From Clostridia bacterium (GTDB lineage: Bacteria; Bacillota; Clostridia; Oscillospirales; CAG-272): 36,121 nt of DNA. The stretch covers positions 1-36,121 of the forward strand of contig JAFZET010000200.1 in the NCBI GenBank assembly GCA_017560565.1. The letters run 5' to 3'. Made by a program: the position numbers and the translations under genes. The number at the start of each line of letters is the position of its first letter. Position 1 is the first letter of the stretch. The notes beneath the pieces are model-generated. The model saw nothing but the letters and a program-made list of their open reading frames with translations. It made no database searches and was not told where the DNA came from. This document shows, piece after piece, positions 25,547 to 34,953 of this stretch.

Positions 25547-27805
25547 ATGTACGAGAATCCTGCCGTTCCCGCCGAAGAAGAAGAAACCCTGGCCGGGATC
25601 GTTGACACCATCATATACCAGAACGGAGAAAACGGCTACGTGGTTTTCGGACTGGAAGCCACTGACGGCGCACTGATTACCGTTACCGGGGTGGTTCCTT
25701 ACCTGACCGAGGGAGATACCATCACCGTCCGGGGACAGTGGACGAACCACAATGTATACGGGAAACAGTTCAAGGCATCCTCCTATGACAAGCAGCTTCC
25801 GGCGGAGCTTTCGGACATTCTGCGTTACCTTTCCTCCGGTGCCGTCAAGGGGATCGGTCCGAAAACTGCCCAGAAAATCGTGGAACAGTTCGGCACGGAT
25901 GCTTTTGATGTTCTGGAAAACCACGCAGACTGGCTGGTGGACATTCCCGGGATCACGAAAAAAAAGGCACAGGAAATCAGCGAGAACTTCAAGTCCATTG
26001 CGGGGGCACGCTCCGTGATGCTGTTCTGCCGGGACTTCTTTCCCTCCGCCACCGCCATGCGGATCTACAAGAAATGGGGAGGCGCAGCAGTGGATCGGAT
26101 CAAGGACAATCCCTATGCCCTGTGCGAGCATTTCAACGGGATCAGCTTCCGCCGTGCAGACCAGATTGCCGCCCAGCTGGGAATGGATCCCGATTCCGAT
26201 GAGCGGGTTCTGCACGGGCTGTCCCATGTGCTGTCCACGGAATCCCAGCGGAACGGACACACCTGCCTGCCGGAAGAGGAACTGCTCCGCTGTGCTGTAG
26301 ATCTTCTTTTTGACGGCAATACTGCCTACCTGCCCCAGATCAAAACCCAGATGGATCGTGCCTATGCCGAATCCCGGCTGGTGGCGGTCAGCAGAAATGG
26401 GGTGCGGCTGGTGTATCTGCCCTATTTCTACCGGGCGGAAACATACGTTGCCAAAAAACTGATACAGCTCTCAAAGCTGTCTGCACGGATGGATACCTCC
26501 GACATTCCCCGTATGATCGAAAAAAGCGAAGCTGCCTGCGGGATTCCTTATGCAAAGCTGCAGAGGCAGGCCATTTCGGATGCGCTGTGTGATGGGGTCA
26601 TGATCCTGACCGGCGGTCCCGGTACGGGAAAAACCACCATCATCAAGGGGCTTCTGAACATTTTCTCCTCCATGGATCTGCAGATCTCTCTGGCTGCTCC
26701 CACGGGTCGTGCTGCCAAACGGATGAGCGAAGCCACTTCCCATGAAGCAAAAACCATCCACCGTCTGCTGGAAATGGATGCGGCATCCACCGGAGAAGAA
26801 GAGAGCGGTGCTTCCTTCATGCGGAACGAACAGAACCGCCTGGACGAAGATGTCCTGATCGTGGATGAAGCTTCCATGATCGACATTCTGCTGATGGAAG
26901 CACTGCTGCGTGCCATCAAACCCGGTGCCCGGCTGATCCTGATTGGAGATACTGACCAGCTTCCCTCTGTAGGAGCGGGCAATGTACTGCGGGATATCTG
27001 CGCTTCCGGTCAGTTCCGGGTAGTACGGCTGACTGAGGTTTTCCGTCAGTCTCAGGAGAGCTTTATCATCACCAACGCCCACCGGATCAACGAGGGGGAA
27101 ATGCCCGTTCCTTCCAAAGCGGACGGAGATTTCTTCTTCCTGCGCCGCCAAACGGAAGAGGCTGTTGCTGCCACCATTGTGGATCTGGTGCAGAACCGTT
27201 TGCCGAAAACCTACGGTGCCTCTGTGCTGGGACAGATACAGATCATTACTCCCTCCCGGAAAGGTATGTCCGGCACTGAAGCCCTGAACACCGCTCTGCA
27301 GACCGCACTGAATCCTCCCGCCCCCGGTAAGGCTGAACATAAAAGCCGGGATATGATCTTTCGGGTGGGGGATCGGGTCATGCAGACCAAGAATGACTAT
27401 ACTCTGGAATGGGAAACGGAAGACGGCAAGAACGGTATGGGTATCTTCAACGGAGACATCGGCGTGGTGACGGATATTGACGACCATGCGGAAGCCATCG
27501 AGATCACTTTTGACGACCGGAAATGCCTGTACGATTACTCCCAGCTGGACGAGCTGGATCATGCCTACGCCATTACGGTACACAAGAGCCAGGGCAGTGA
27601 ATATCCCGTGGTGATCCTGCCGCTGTTCGACTGTGCCTCCATGCTCCTGTCCCGGAATCTGCTGTATACGGCGGTGACAAGAGCCTCCCGGATGGTCATT
27701 CTGGTGGGAAAAACGTACATTCTGGAACAGATGATTGCCAACAACCACCAGGCGGGACGATGCTCCCTCCTGCAGGACTGGCTGGAAGATGGGGAGAGCG
27801 TATGA
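25547..27805 (+). CDS. recD2: ATP-dependent RecD2-like DNA helicase
   Basis: HhH KGIG.KTA, NPY.L, Walker A GGPGTGKT, APTGRAAKR, TIHRLL, DEASM, GD.DQLPSVG.G, AYA.TVHKSQGSE; AAGGAG RBS. Confidence 0.96.
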   Translation: MYENPAVPAEEEETLAGIVDTIIYQNGENGYVVFGLEATDGALITVTGVVPYLTEGDTITVRGQWTNHNVYGKQFKASSYDKQLPAELSDILRYLSSGAVKGIGPKTAQKIVEQFGTDAFDVLENHADWLVDIPGITKKKAQEISENFKSIAGARSVMLFCRDFFPSATAMRIYKKWGGAAVDRIKDNPYALCEHFNGISFRRADQIAAQLGMDPDSDERVLHGLSHVLSTESQRNGHTCLPEEELLRCAVDLLFDGNTAYLPQIKTQMDRAYAESRLVAVSRNGVRLVYLPYFYRAETYVAKKLIQLSKLSARMDTSDIPRMIEKSEAACGIPYAKLQRQAISDALCDGVMILTGGPGTGKTTIIKGLLNIFSSMDLQISLAAPTGRAAKRMSEATSHEAKTIHRLLEMDAASTGEEESGASFMRNEQNRLDEDVLIVDEASMIDILLMEALLRAIKPGARLILIGDTDQLPSVGAGNVLRDICASGQFRVVRLTEVFRQSQESFIITNAHRINEGEMPVPSKADGDFFFLRRQTEEAVAATIVDLVQNRLPKTYGASVLGQIQIITPSRKGMSGTEALNTALQTALNPPAPGKAEHKSRDMIFRVGDRVMQTKNDYTLEWETEDGKNGMGIFNGDIGVVTDIDDHAEAIEITFDDRKCLYDYSQLDELDHAYAITVHKSQGSEYPVVILPLFDCASMLLSRNLLYTAVTRASRMVILVGKTYILEQMIANNHQAGRCSLLQDWLEDGESV

Positions 27806-28554
27806 AAAACAGTTTTCGCCGGCTGCTGTATTCTCTGGCAGATGCCGTGGGCGATCGGTGCTGTCCCCTGTGCTGTGAACCGCTTGCCGGTACAGCGTCC
27901 ATTTGCCCATCCTGTCTGACCCGGCTGGATAAAGAAGCGGTGATCCCATGCGGAGACTGCGGACAGCCGGCATCCTCCTGCCGTTGTCCGGCAAGCGGTC
28001 TTTCTCCACTGCCCACCTTTCTTGACGGACGGAGCTGGCTGGCGCACACATGGTATTTTCATGTCGACAGCGATCGTCTGACCGAAGCTCTTCTGCTGTC
28101 CTGCAAACGGAAATACAGTCCTGCACTCTCCGGATATATTGCCGGGGTCATGGCAGAGGAACTTGCCGCCGTTCTGCCGGAGAATACACGGAAAGGCTGG
28201 ATTCTGACCTATGCTCCCCGTTCTGTCAAAGGATTCACAGACTACGGTTTTGACCAATGCGAAGAGATCGTCCGGCAGATGGGCAGAGCTCTGCACATAC
28301 CGGTACGGCGGATGCTTGTCCGTGTGAGCGGGGAAGAACAGAAGCGCATGGAAAGTGCTGACCATCGTATAAGCAACATTGCCGGAGCCTTTGCACCGGT
28401 ACGGGTTCCTGCCGGATGCCGCATTCTGCTGTTTGATGACATTATTACCACCGGAGCTACCATGCGGGAAGCCGGTCGGGTACTGGCAGATGCGGGAGCG
28501 GCGGCTGTATTCCCCGTTGCTTTCGCCAAAACCGTGTATACACGAAGGAGATGA
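27802..28554 (+). CDS. comF: ComF family protein (zinc ribbon + phosphoribosyltransferase domain)
   Basis: CPLC/CPSC/CGDC cysteine pairs, GFDQ, LLFDDIITTGAT; ATGA overlap with recD2. Confidence 0.85.
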   Translation: MKNSFRRLLYSLADAVGDRCCPLCCEPLAGTASICPSCLTRLDKEAVIPCGDCGQPASSCRCPASGLSPLPTFLDGRSWLAHTWYFHVDSDRLTEALLLSCKRKYSPALSGYIAGVMAEELAAVLPENTRKGWILTYAPRSVKGFTDYGFDQCEEIVRQMGRALHIPVRRMLVRVSGEEQKRMESADHRISNIAGAFAPVRVPAGCRILLFDDIITTGATMREAGRVLADAGAAAVFPVAFAKTVYTRRR

Positions 28555-28560
28555 GAAGCA

Positions 28561-28995
28561 ATGAAAAAATGTCCCACCTGCCGGATGATTGTGAATGAAC
28601 CATACGAGTGTCCCTATTGTCAGACCACGCTGACCTATGAGGAGCCGGTGATGACCAACCGGGAAAAGCTGCGCTGCAACCGGTATTTCTGGCTCTATCA
28701 GCTGAAGAACTGCTGGTTCTCCCTGCTCTGCGTAATCATCACGGCAGTCACCATGCTTCTGGCAGAGCCGTATGCGGTACAGGTACATACCGCATTGTTC
28801 GCTCTGTGTTTCATTCTGCTGCTGGAAGCCTTTTTCCAGAGGCAGATCGCCGGGCTTGCGTTTCTGCAGAACCATTTGGGGTTCCACGCAGTCACAGAGG
28901 AATGGCTGACCTATCGGCTGAAAGTTGCTCAGTATGCGCTCGGCGGTTTTTTTACAGCCGCTTCCGTAGTAATGTATTTCATTCTGTCCCGCTGA
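28561..28995 (+). CDS. hypothetical membrane protein with N-terminal zinc ribbon
   Basis: CPTC…CPYC followed by about 3 hydrophobic helices; GGAG upstream, 6 nt after the comF stop. Confidence 0.7.
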   Translation: MKKCPTCRMIVNEPYECPYCQTTLTYEEPVMTNREKLRCNRYFWLYQLKNCWFSLLCVIITAVTMLLAEPYAVQVHTALFALCFILLLEAFFQRQIAGLAFLQNHLGFHAVTEEWLTYRLKVAQYALGGFFTAASVVMYFILSR

Positions 28996-29000
28996 ACATC

Positions 29001-29044
29001 AAAAAGGTGCAAACCCGATTTTTTCGAGTCTGCACCTTCTTTTT
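29001..29044. terminator. bidirectional intrinsic terminator
   Basis: aaaaaggtgcaaacccga…tcgagtctgcaccttcttttt. Confidence 0.7.
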
Positions 29045-29052
29045 ATGCTGTT

Positions 29053-30081
29053 TTACTGTGCCGCATAGGCAAGAATGGCATCTGCCACATCATCCGCTGC
29101 GGTATATACAATGGTGGAACCCTTGGGGCTGTAGTATGTCTGTCCGTTCTCGGATGTGCCGAACAGGATCACATAGTTTGCGTCCACTTTGGTGGTCTGA
29201 CCGGAGGATTCTGTCGTGTTTGTGCCGCTGTTTACGGCAACGGATTTCTTATAGTTCAGGGTCAGGCTGCGGGTACCGTCGATGCCGTAGACCTCTGCCA
29301 TTTCCGTACTGTCGGCATAGTAGTCCGCCCAGGACAGCAGATCCAGTTCACAGAACATACCGTACAGATCGGTTACGTCCTGGCTGTATACCGTGGATAC
29401 CGTTCCGTCTTCGGCGGTCACTTCTTCGGCAGTCTGCTTCCATTCCGCAGAAGCGTCACCGTCTGTAATCGTGAAGCTGTTGATATCCGCATCCGTCAGT
29501 GTGGTCATTGCCGTATCCAGAACGATCATGTCTTCTGTCGTGGTCTGGAAATAGGTCAGAAGCCCGGAGGCGATCATATACACTGCACCGTCGTCATTCC
29601 GGAAATAGTATGCATTATTGAAGCTGTTCCGGTCGCCGATGGCGTATTTGTACGTAGTACCTGCACCATAGCTGACATGGATCTCACATACGGGGTTGTC
29701 CAGACCGAACATGGAAGCATCTCCGTCCTCTACAGACCGCATGGCGCCGATGGAAGCAATAGCCGCTCCCAGACCTGCCGCTGTCTGCTGATCCAGAGGA
29801 AACTTCGGATCTTCCGCCAGTGTCCAGACCCCGCCGGACTGGTTCAGGGTGATCCAGTCCCCGCCGTCCGTGCGGTATTTCAGTTCGGTGATCTGTGTAT
29901 AATCCTGCTCCGCCAGCATGATGGTGGTATCTGCGGCAGCGGCGGCGGCGGCTTCGGCTTCTCTGCGGTCATTGGCAGCAGCCAGCCCGAAGTATGCGGC
30001 AGCCATCACACACATGATCCCCGCCAGCACCAGCAGAGGCAGTGCTTTATTTTTCTTTTTTCGTTTCGGTGTATTCTGCAA
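29053..30081 (-). CDS. DUF4340-like membrane-anchored accessory protein of the Gld-like ABC system
   Basis: N-terminal TM helix, W.L…FPLDQ, FGLD.P, IGD.N…YY; probable TTG start 8 nt after AAGGAG. Confidence 0.75.
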   Translation of the reverse strand: MQNTPKRKKKNKALPLLVLAGIMCVMAAAYFGLAAANDRREAEAAAAAAADTTIMLAEQDYTQITELKYRTDGGDWITLNQSGGVWTLAEDPKFPLDQQTAAGLGAAIASIGAMRSVEDGDASMFGLDNPVCEIHVSYGAGTTYKYAIGDRNSFNNAYYFRNDDGAVYMIASGLLTYFQTTTEDMIVLDTAMTTLTDADINSFTITDGDASAEWKQTAEEVTAEDGTVSTVYSQDVTDLYGMFCELDLLSWADYYADSTEMAEVYGIDGTRSLTLNYKKSVAVNSGTNTTESSGQTTKVDANYVILFGTSENGQTYYSPKGSTIVYTAADDVADAILAYAAQ

Positions 30082-30103
30082 GGTTTTCACTCCTTACCAA
30101 AAG

Positions 30104-31591
30104 TTAGCGTTTCCGTCTGCGGATCCAGACTACAAAACCGGCTGCCAGCATGGCAAGCGGGAGGATGAAGATCACGATAATGGACCACAGACTGCTCTGG
30201 GCTGCGGTCAGTGTCAGTGCTTCCACCTGAAGCTGTTTTGCCAGAATGGACAGGGAGATCTGGTTTTCTGCCATCCAGCTTACAGAGCCCATAAACACAG
30301 CGGAGTTGCCGCCGGAAATATAGCTGTCATCGGAAGAGCTGGTGATGGAGGGGGAAGCATACCATACAAAACGGTAATCCGCCTCTCTGGTACCGTCCGC
30401 TGTACCGGTGACTGCCGCCGCCAGATAGAACTGCCCGGACAGGTCGCCGTCTTCTTTATCCATGGTGTTGAAGGAACCGGAGGCAGGTACTGCCTTCACG
30501 TAAGCACCGGAAGAAGTGGACAGCATGGGGATCACGGAGCCTTCGCCCTTGCCATTGGCAATGATACCGTGGGAAGCGTGCATCAGAGCGTACCGGGTAT
30601 TTTCGCTGACCAGTGCCATGGGACCGGTGGAACCGAATCCGGGCAGCAGAGAATAGGGATACCCGGTGTAATGGTTGCGATCGGTTTCAAACACGATACC
30701 GTCTGCCGGTTCCAGACCCAGCTCAGCCGCCAGTGCGGACAGGTTGGGCATGCCCAGTTCACTGTAATTGGCGTAGCTGGTCACCAGAATGATGCTGCCG
30801 CCTTCCGCCAGATACTGCCGGAGCATATTCAGCTCGTCACCGTTGATATCGCCGGTGGGATTGTTGATCAGGATTATGGAACAGTCGGCGGGAATCACAT
30901 CGACCGTCAGCAGGGACAGCGTATTCATACCTACATTTTCAGCCGTGATATATGTCTGATAGGTGGCATCCAGTGCGGTTTCGCCATGTCCCTCCAGCTC
31001 GTACAGAACCGGCAGGTCTTCTCTGGTCACATAGTCCACTGCCGTGGTGAATGCCAGCTCACCGTTGAAGTACGTAGTGCCGGTGGGCATTACGCCGTAG
31101 TACATATAGTTGTAATAATCTTCTTCGGAATACTGGGTGGTGTAGATTTCATAATAATCCAGCACATAATGACGCAGGTCACTGGTCACGATGACGCTGT
31201 TGGAAGAAAGCTGCTCTTCCGTATACTGGGAAATAAAAGCAGGATTGATGGCAGGGTCGATGACGGATACCTTTACGTGTTTGCTCAGGGATTCATACCG
31301 TTCCAGCAGGTTGACGATGGTGGAATCCTCAGTCCCCCGTTCAGCCAGTACATAGAAGTACACATCTCTGTCCACGCCTGCCAGCACACCTTCGGTTTCT
31401 TCTCCTACGGTGTACAGCTGCAGGGAACTGGTATCCAGCATGGTGAATGCACCGGGCAGTTCTCCCACAAACAGGTTAACAAGCACGGCGATCACGATCA
31501 CCACAGCGGTAACGGTCACATTGAAGGAACCGATTTTCAGCATTTTTCTGTTCCGGGAGCCGGAAGTTTTGGTTTTCTTTTCGGTATTCAT
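30104..31591 (-). CDS. GldG-like ABC transporter auxiliary membrane protein
   Basis: N- and C-terminal TM helices, D.S…LYT, LL.RY, IDP..NP, GE..FT.A, GHGE, P..DI…E…L..YL..GG, ending W.RRRKR. Confidence 0.85.
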   Translation of the reverse strand: MNTEKKTKTSGSRNRKMLKIGSFNVTVTAVVIVIAVLVNLFVGELPGAFTMLDTSSLQLYTVGEETEGVLAGVDRDVYFYVLAERGTEDSTIVNLLERYESLSKHVKVSVIDPAINPAFISQYTEEQLSSNSVIVTSDLRHYVLDYYEIYTTQYSEEDYYNYMYYGVMPTGTTYFNGELAFTTAVDYVTREDLPVLYELEGHGETALDATYQTYITAENVGMNTLSLLTVDVIPADCSIILINNPTGDINGDELNMLRQYLAEGGSIILVTSYANYSELGMPNLSALAAELGLEPADGIVFETDRNHYTGYPYSLLPGFGSTGPMALVSENTRYALMHASHGIIANGKGEGSVIPMLSTSSGAYVKAVPASGSFNTMDKEDGDLSGQFYLAAAVTGTADGTREADYRFVWYASPSITSSSDDSYISGGNSAVFMGSVSWMAENQISLSILAKQLQVEALTLTAAQSSLWSIIVIFILPLAMLAAGFVVWIRRRKR

Positions 31592-31605
31592 TGTCTTCCC
31601 TCCCC

Positions 31606-32469
31606 TCAGGACCAGCGTTTTTTATCCATGGACTGCACGGTCAGATACACAAACAGTGCCGCCACGGTCAGATAGTATACGATTGCGGTCAGATCAAAAA
31701 TGCCGTTGGTGAAAGAATACAGCCGGTCAAACAGTGCCAGTGCTTCCAGCAGATCCGGCAGTGCACCTGTGAACAGATCTTCCTTGATGAAATACAGCAC
31801 AGATACGATGGCCACCAGCACAGCAGTCACGCCCATGGATACTGTACTGTTCTTCACCATGACCTGCACCACAACACCGATCAGTACAGCGATCACCAGA
31901 AAACCGGCGAAAGAAGCTCCGGTGGATTCCGGAATCATTCCGGCAAGCCCCGCCATCAGATAGGTCAGCAGCAGCACGCCCACGCTGACAACAGCGGCGA
32001 TCACCTGGCTCTCCGTCAGGGAAGAGATGAACATCCCCACAGCGATCAGGGCACAGCCCAGCAGGAAGAACGCCAGAATGGAACCGTAGGCACTGGCAAA
32101 CCCGATGGTACCGTACCGGTTCAGGATCAGGGGATACACGCACATCACACCGGTGGGAACTGCCAGCACCGTGACCATAGCCAGATACTTGGCCAGTACA
32201 ACGGATGTCAGGCTTACCGGCAGGGCATACAGAAGCTGGTCGGTCTTTGCGTGTTTTTCTTCCGCCAGCGACCGCATGGTCAGCACGGGTACTGCAATCA
32301 GGAACACAAAGCTGACACCGGACAGAGCCGCTTCAAAGCCCGGATATCCGCCCATCAGATTGTATACCGTCATGTAGATACCGGTCATCAGCAGCAGAAA
32401 TGCCACAAAAATGGGAGCAGTCATACCGCAGAAATAGGAGTGCAGTTCTCTTTTGTAAATCGCAGACAT
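31606..32469 (-). CDS. ABC-2 type permease (GldF-like)
   Basis: M.AIYKREL.SYF, P.LTMR..AEE…TDQLL..LP, VLAKYLA, FISSLTESQVIAA. Confidence 0.9.
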   Translation of the reverse strand: MSAIYKRELHSYFCGMTAPIFVAFLLLMTGIYMTVYNLMGGYPGFEAALSGVSFVFLIAVPVLTMRSLAEEKHAKTDQLLYALPVSLTSVVLAKYLAMVTVLAVPTGVMCVYPLILNRYGTIGFASAYGSILAFFLLGCALIAVGMFISSLTESQVIAAVVSVGVLLLTYLMAGLAGMIPESTGASFAGFLVIAVLIGVVVQVMVKNSTVSMGVTAVLVAIVSVLYFIKEDLFTGALPDLLEALALFDRLYSFTNGIFDLTAIVYYLTVAALFVYLTVQSMDKKRWS

Positions 32470-32484
32470 GATTCACTCCTCCTT

Positions 32485-33621
32485 TCAGTTGCCGCCGAAC
32501 AGCGGTTTGTAATCGTCATTATCGTTTCCGGCTTCAGCGGCGGGCTTTTCAGCGGGAGCGGTTTCTTCGGCAGGCGTTTCCGGTGCAGATGTCTCCTGTT
32601 CCGCCGCCTGTCTTTCTCCGATCTGTCCGAAAATATCCTCCGCACGGATCCGGGTGTCTTCCGGCGTTTCCGCTTCTTCCGCTCTGTTCCGCTTCTGGGA
32701 TTCGGTCAGGGCAAGGAATACCTTTTCCAGGGTCACTTCCTCATACTGCATGGCAATGATGGGCAGACGCCGTTCCGCAAAGGTGAAGAACACATGATCC
32801 CGGATGTCCTCTTTACCGGGAACCTCCAGACGCAGGTGGGTGCTGTTTTCTCCTGCCTGTACTTCGATTCCGCCAACACCTTCCAGTGTACCGGCGGCTG
32901 CTTTCACCGCATCTTCCGAACCGCGGACGTCCATATCAATGTAGCTCTTGCCTTCGTTGAGCTTGGTCAGGTTTTCGATGGTATCACTGGCCACGATCTT
33001 CCCGGCGGCAATGATGATGACATAGTCACACACGGCACTGATTTCGGTCAGAATATGGCTGGACAGGATCACGGTATGGTCTTTGCCCAGTTCACGGATC
33101 AGATCCCGGATTTCTATAATCTGCAGGGGGTCAAGACCAACGGTGGGCTCGTCCAGAATGATGATCTCCGGATCTCCCAGAATGGCCTGTGCGATCCCCA
33201 CACGCTGCCGGTACCCCTTGGACAGGTTCTTGATCAGCCGGGAGCGCATGGGTGTCAGCGATGTCTTTGCGATCACCCGATCCACACCGTCATCCAGTGC
33301 TTTTCCCTTCAGACCCTTGGCTCTGCCCACAAAATACAGATATTCCTCCGGGGACATATCGGTGTACAGGGGCGGCAGTTCCGGCAGGTATCCGATGCAG
33401 GACTTGGCTTCCACCGGATCTTCGTAAATGTCGTAACCGTTGATGGTCACTTCTCCCTCCGTGGCGGCCAGACATCCCGTAATGATATTCATAGTGGTGG
33501 ATTTCCCCGCACCGTTGGGACCAAGGAACCCGTAGATCCGTCCCTTTTCCACGGTAAAGCTCACATCACGGACAGCTTCAAAGTCCCCGTACCGCTTTAC
33601 CAGATGTTTTACTTCGATCAA
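32485..33621 (-). CDS. ABC transporter ATP-binding protein (GldA-like) with acidic C-terminal tail
   Basis: GPNGAGKST, LSKGYRQRVG, ILDEPT.GLDP, SSHIL; TTG start after AAGGAGG. Confidence 0.95.
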   Translation of the reverse strand: MIEVKHLVKRYGDFEAVRDVSFTVEKGRIYGFLGPNGAGKSTTMNIITGCLAATEGEVTINGYDIYEDPVEAKSCIGYLPELPPLYTDMSPEEYLYFVGRAKGLKGKALDDGVDRVIAKTSLTPMRSRLIKNLSKGYRQRVGIAQAILGDPEIIILDEPTVGLDPLQIIEIRDLIRELGKDHTVILSSHILTEISAVCDYVIIIAAGKIVASDTIENLTKLNEGKSYIDMDVRGSEDAVKAAAGTLEGVGGIEVQAGENSTHLRLEVPGKEDIRDHVFFTFAERRLPIIAMQYEEVTLEKVFLALTESQKRNRAEEAETPEDTRIRAEDIFGQIGERQAAEQETSAPETPAEETAPAEKPAAEAGNDNDDYKPLFGGN

Positions 33622-33811
33622 GATTATATTTCCTCCTTGCGGCAAAATTTCGCAGAATTGCATGGAATAAAAATATTATACCACATCTTGGTGAAGAATT
33701 GTTGAACATTTTTTGGTGGGTGTCTGAATAATATTCAAACAGTAGAGTAAAACGAAGAAAAACGATGGAATAAAGAGAAAAACAAAATTTGGTTTTGTCA
33801 GGGAACTGAAT

Positions 33812-34651
33812 TTACAGCAGATCTTCTGTTTTTTTCCAGATATCCAGGGTGTGATGGCTTGCGCCTGCCAGATCCGGACGTTCGCAGATGGTGTTGTGGT
33901 ATGCCAGATACAGCCGGAAGGTCTCCTCGTCCATGGTGTCAATGTTTTCCTGCATATACTTTGTCCCCATATCTGTGCCGATAAAGTGAAGCCTTTCTGC
34001 CTGCGGGGCAAAATGGGCAAGAAGCCGGTCTGCATCATCCCTGCGGATCAGCTCAAACAGCTCTGCCGGAGTGGAATACAGCCGGAAATCATTGTCTACC
34101 AGTCCCCGCCGCATCAGATCATGGATCCGGTAACTCCCGCTTTCGTCCCGCTGGAAGCAGTACTGGAAGACTGTGGCATCTGCCATACAGTAGGCAATCC
34201 CGATGATCCCGCCGGATCGCGTCAGCCGCAGTGCTTCGGTGAGTGCGGTGATCTTGTCCTGGCTTTCGTACAGGTGGTACATGGGTCCCAGCACCAGAAC
34301 CATGTCGTATGCTCCCTCCGGCAGGAACGACAGATCCAGTGCATTCCCCTGATGGGTGGAAATACGCATCTCCGGTGTGATCTTTTCCCGCAGAAGAGCG
34401 AGATTGTGCGGGATCAGCTCCACTGCGGTCACCTCGTATCCTTCCGATGCCAGCGCAAGGGAATACCGTCCGGTGCCTGCGCCGATCTCCAGAATCCTTG
34501 TCCCCGGTGTCAGATACCGGTGAATGTACCGCATGGTTGTGAGGTATTCCACCTGTCCGTGGCGGGAGAGAAGCCGTCCTTCTTCATCATAGCGGCTGTA
34601 GTAGGCGTTCAGGGCATCGTAGGTTTCGGTTTGCCGTTTTTGGCTGTTCAT
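33812..34651 (-). CDS. class I SAM-dependent methyltransferase
   Basis: ILEIGAGTGRY, VTAVEL, GNA.DLS, YD.VL.LGPMYHL; GAGGAGG RBS. Confidence 0.93.
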   Translation of the reverse strand: MNSQKRQTETYDALNAYYSRYDEEGRLLSRHGQVEYLTTMRYIHRYLTPGTRILEIGAGTGRYSLALASEGYEVTAVELIPHNLALLREKITPEMRISTHQGNALDLSFLPEGAYDMVLVLGPMYHLYESQDKITALTEALRLTRSGGIIGIAYCMADATVFQYCFQRDESGSYRIHDLMRRGLVDNDFRLYSTPAELFELIRRDDADRLLAHFAPQAERLHFIGTDMGTKYMQENIDTMDEETFRLYLAYHNTICERPDLAGASHHTLDIWKKTEDLL

Positions 34652-34674
34652 ACAGTTTTCCTCCTCATAAAAAT

Positions 34675-34725
34675 AAAAAAGGCAGACGGTGTGCGGATGG
34701 AAAATCCGGTTCTCGTCTGCCTTTT
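34675..34725 (-). terminator. attenuator (premature intrinsic terminator) in the methyltransferase leader
   Basis: AAAAGGCAGACG…CGGAT-tttcc-ATCCG…CGTCTGCCTTTTTT located just upstream of the RBS. Confidence 0.8.
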
Positions 34726-34747
34726 GTGGTTTATAGAAATATTCCTG

Positions 34748-34840
34748 TCAGAATACAAAATCTCCACGACAAAGCAGACCTTGGGTATACGCATACCAAG
34801 GCCAACCGAAAGTATAGGCATTCATACAAACCCGTGCCAT
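34748..34840 (-). CDS. putative 30-aa leader peptide MARVCMNAYTFGWPWYAYTQGLLCRGDFVF
   Basis: AGGAG 9 nt before the ATG; lies between a promoter and a terminator; encodes the antiterminator strand. Confidence 0.7.
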   Translation of the reverse strand: MARVCMNAYTFGWPWYAYTQGLLCRGDFVF

Positions 34841-34874
34841 ACTTACCTGCTCCTGTCCAATGAAAATTTGCATC

Positions 34875-34903
34875 ATTATAGCACAATATATGCGCCATGG
34901 CAA
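34875..34903 (-). promoter_or_regulatory. sigma-A promoter of the leader-methyltransferase transcript
   Basis: TTGCCA-N17-TATAAT with TG extension. Confidence 0.8.
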
Positions 34904-34953
34904 TAGAAAAACACATTTTGTGCCGTTGCTTCTTACTTCTGACCTCTTACCTC

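Noticed and set aside
34652-34903. T-box or SAM riboswitch in the methyltransferase leader
   Set aside because: No T-box UGGNACC antiterminator bulge or S-box core was found; the uORF-based attenuator explains the region better.
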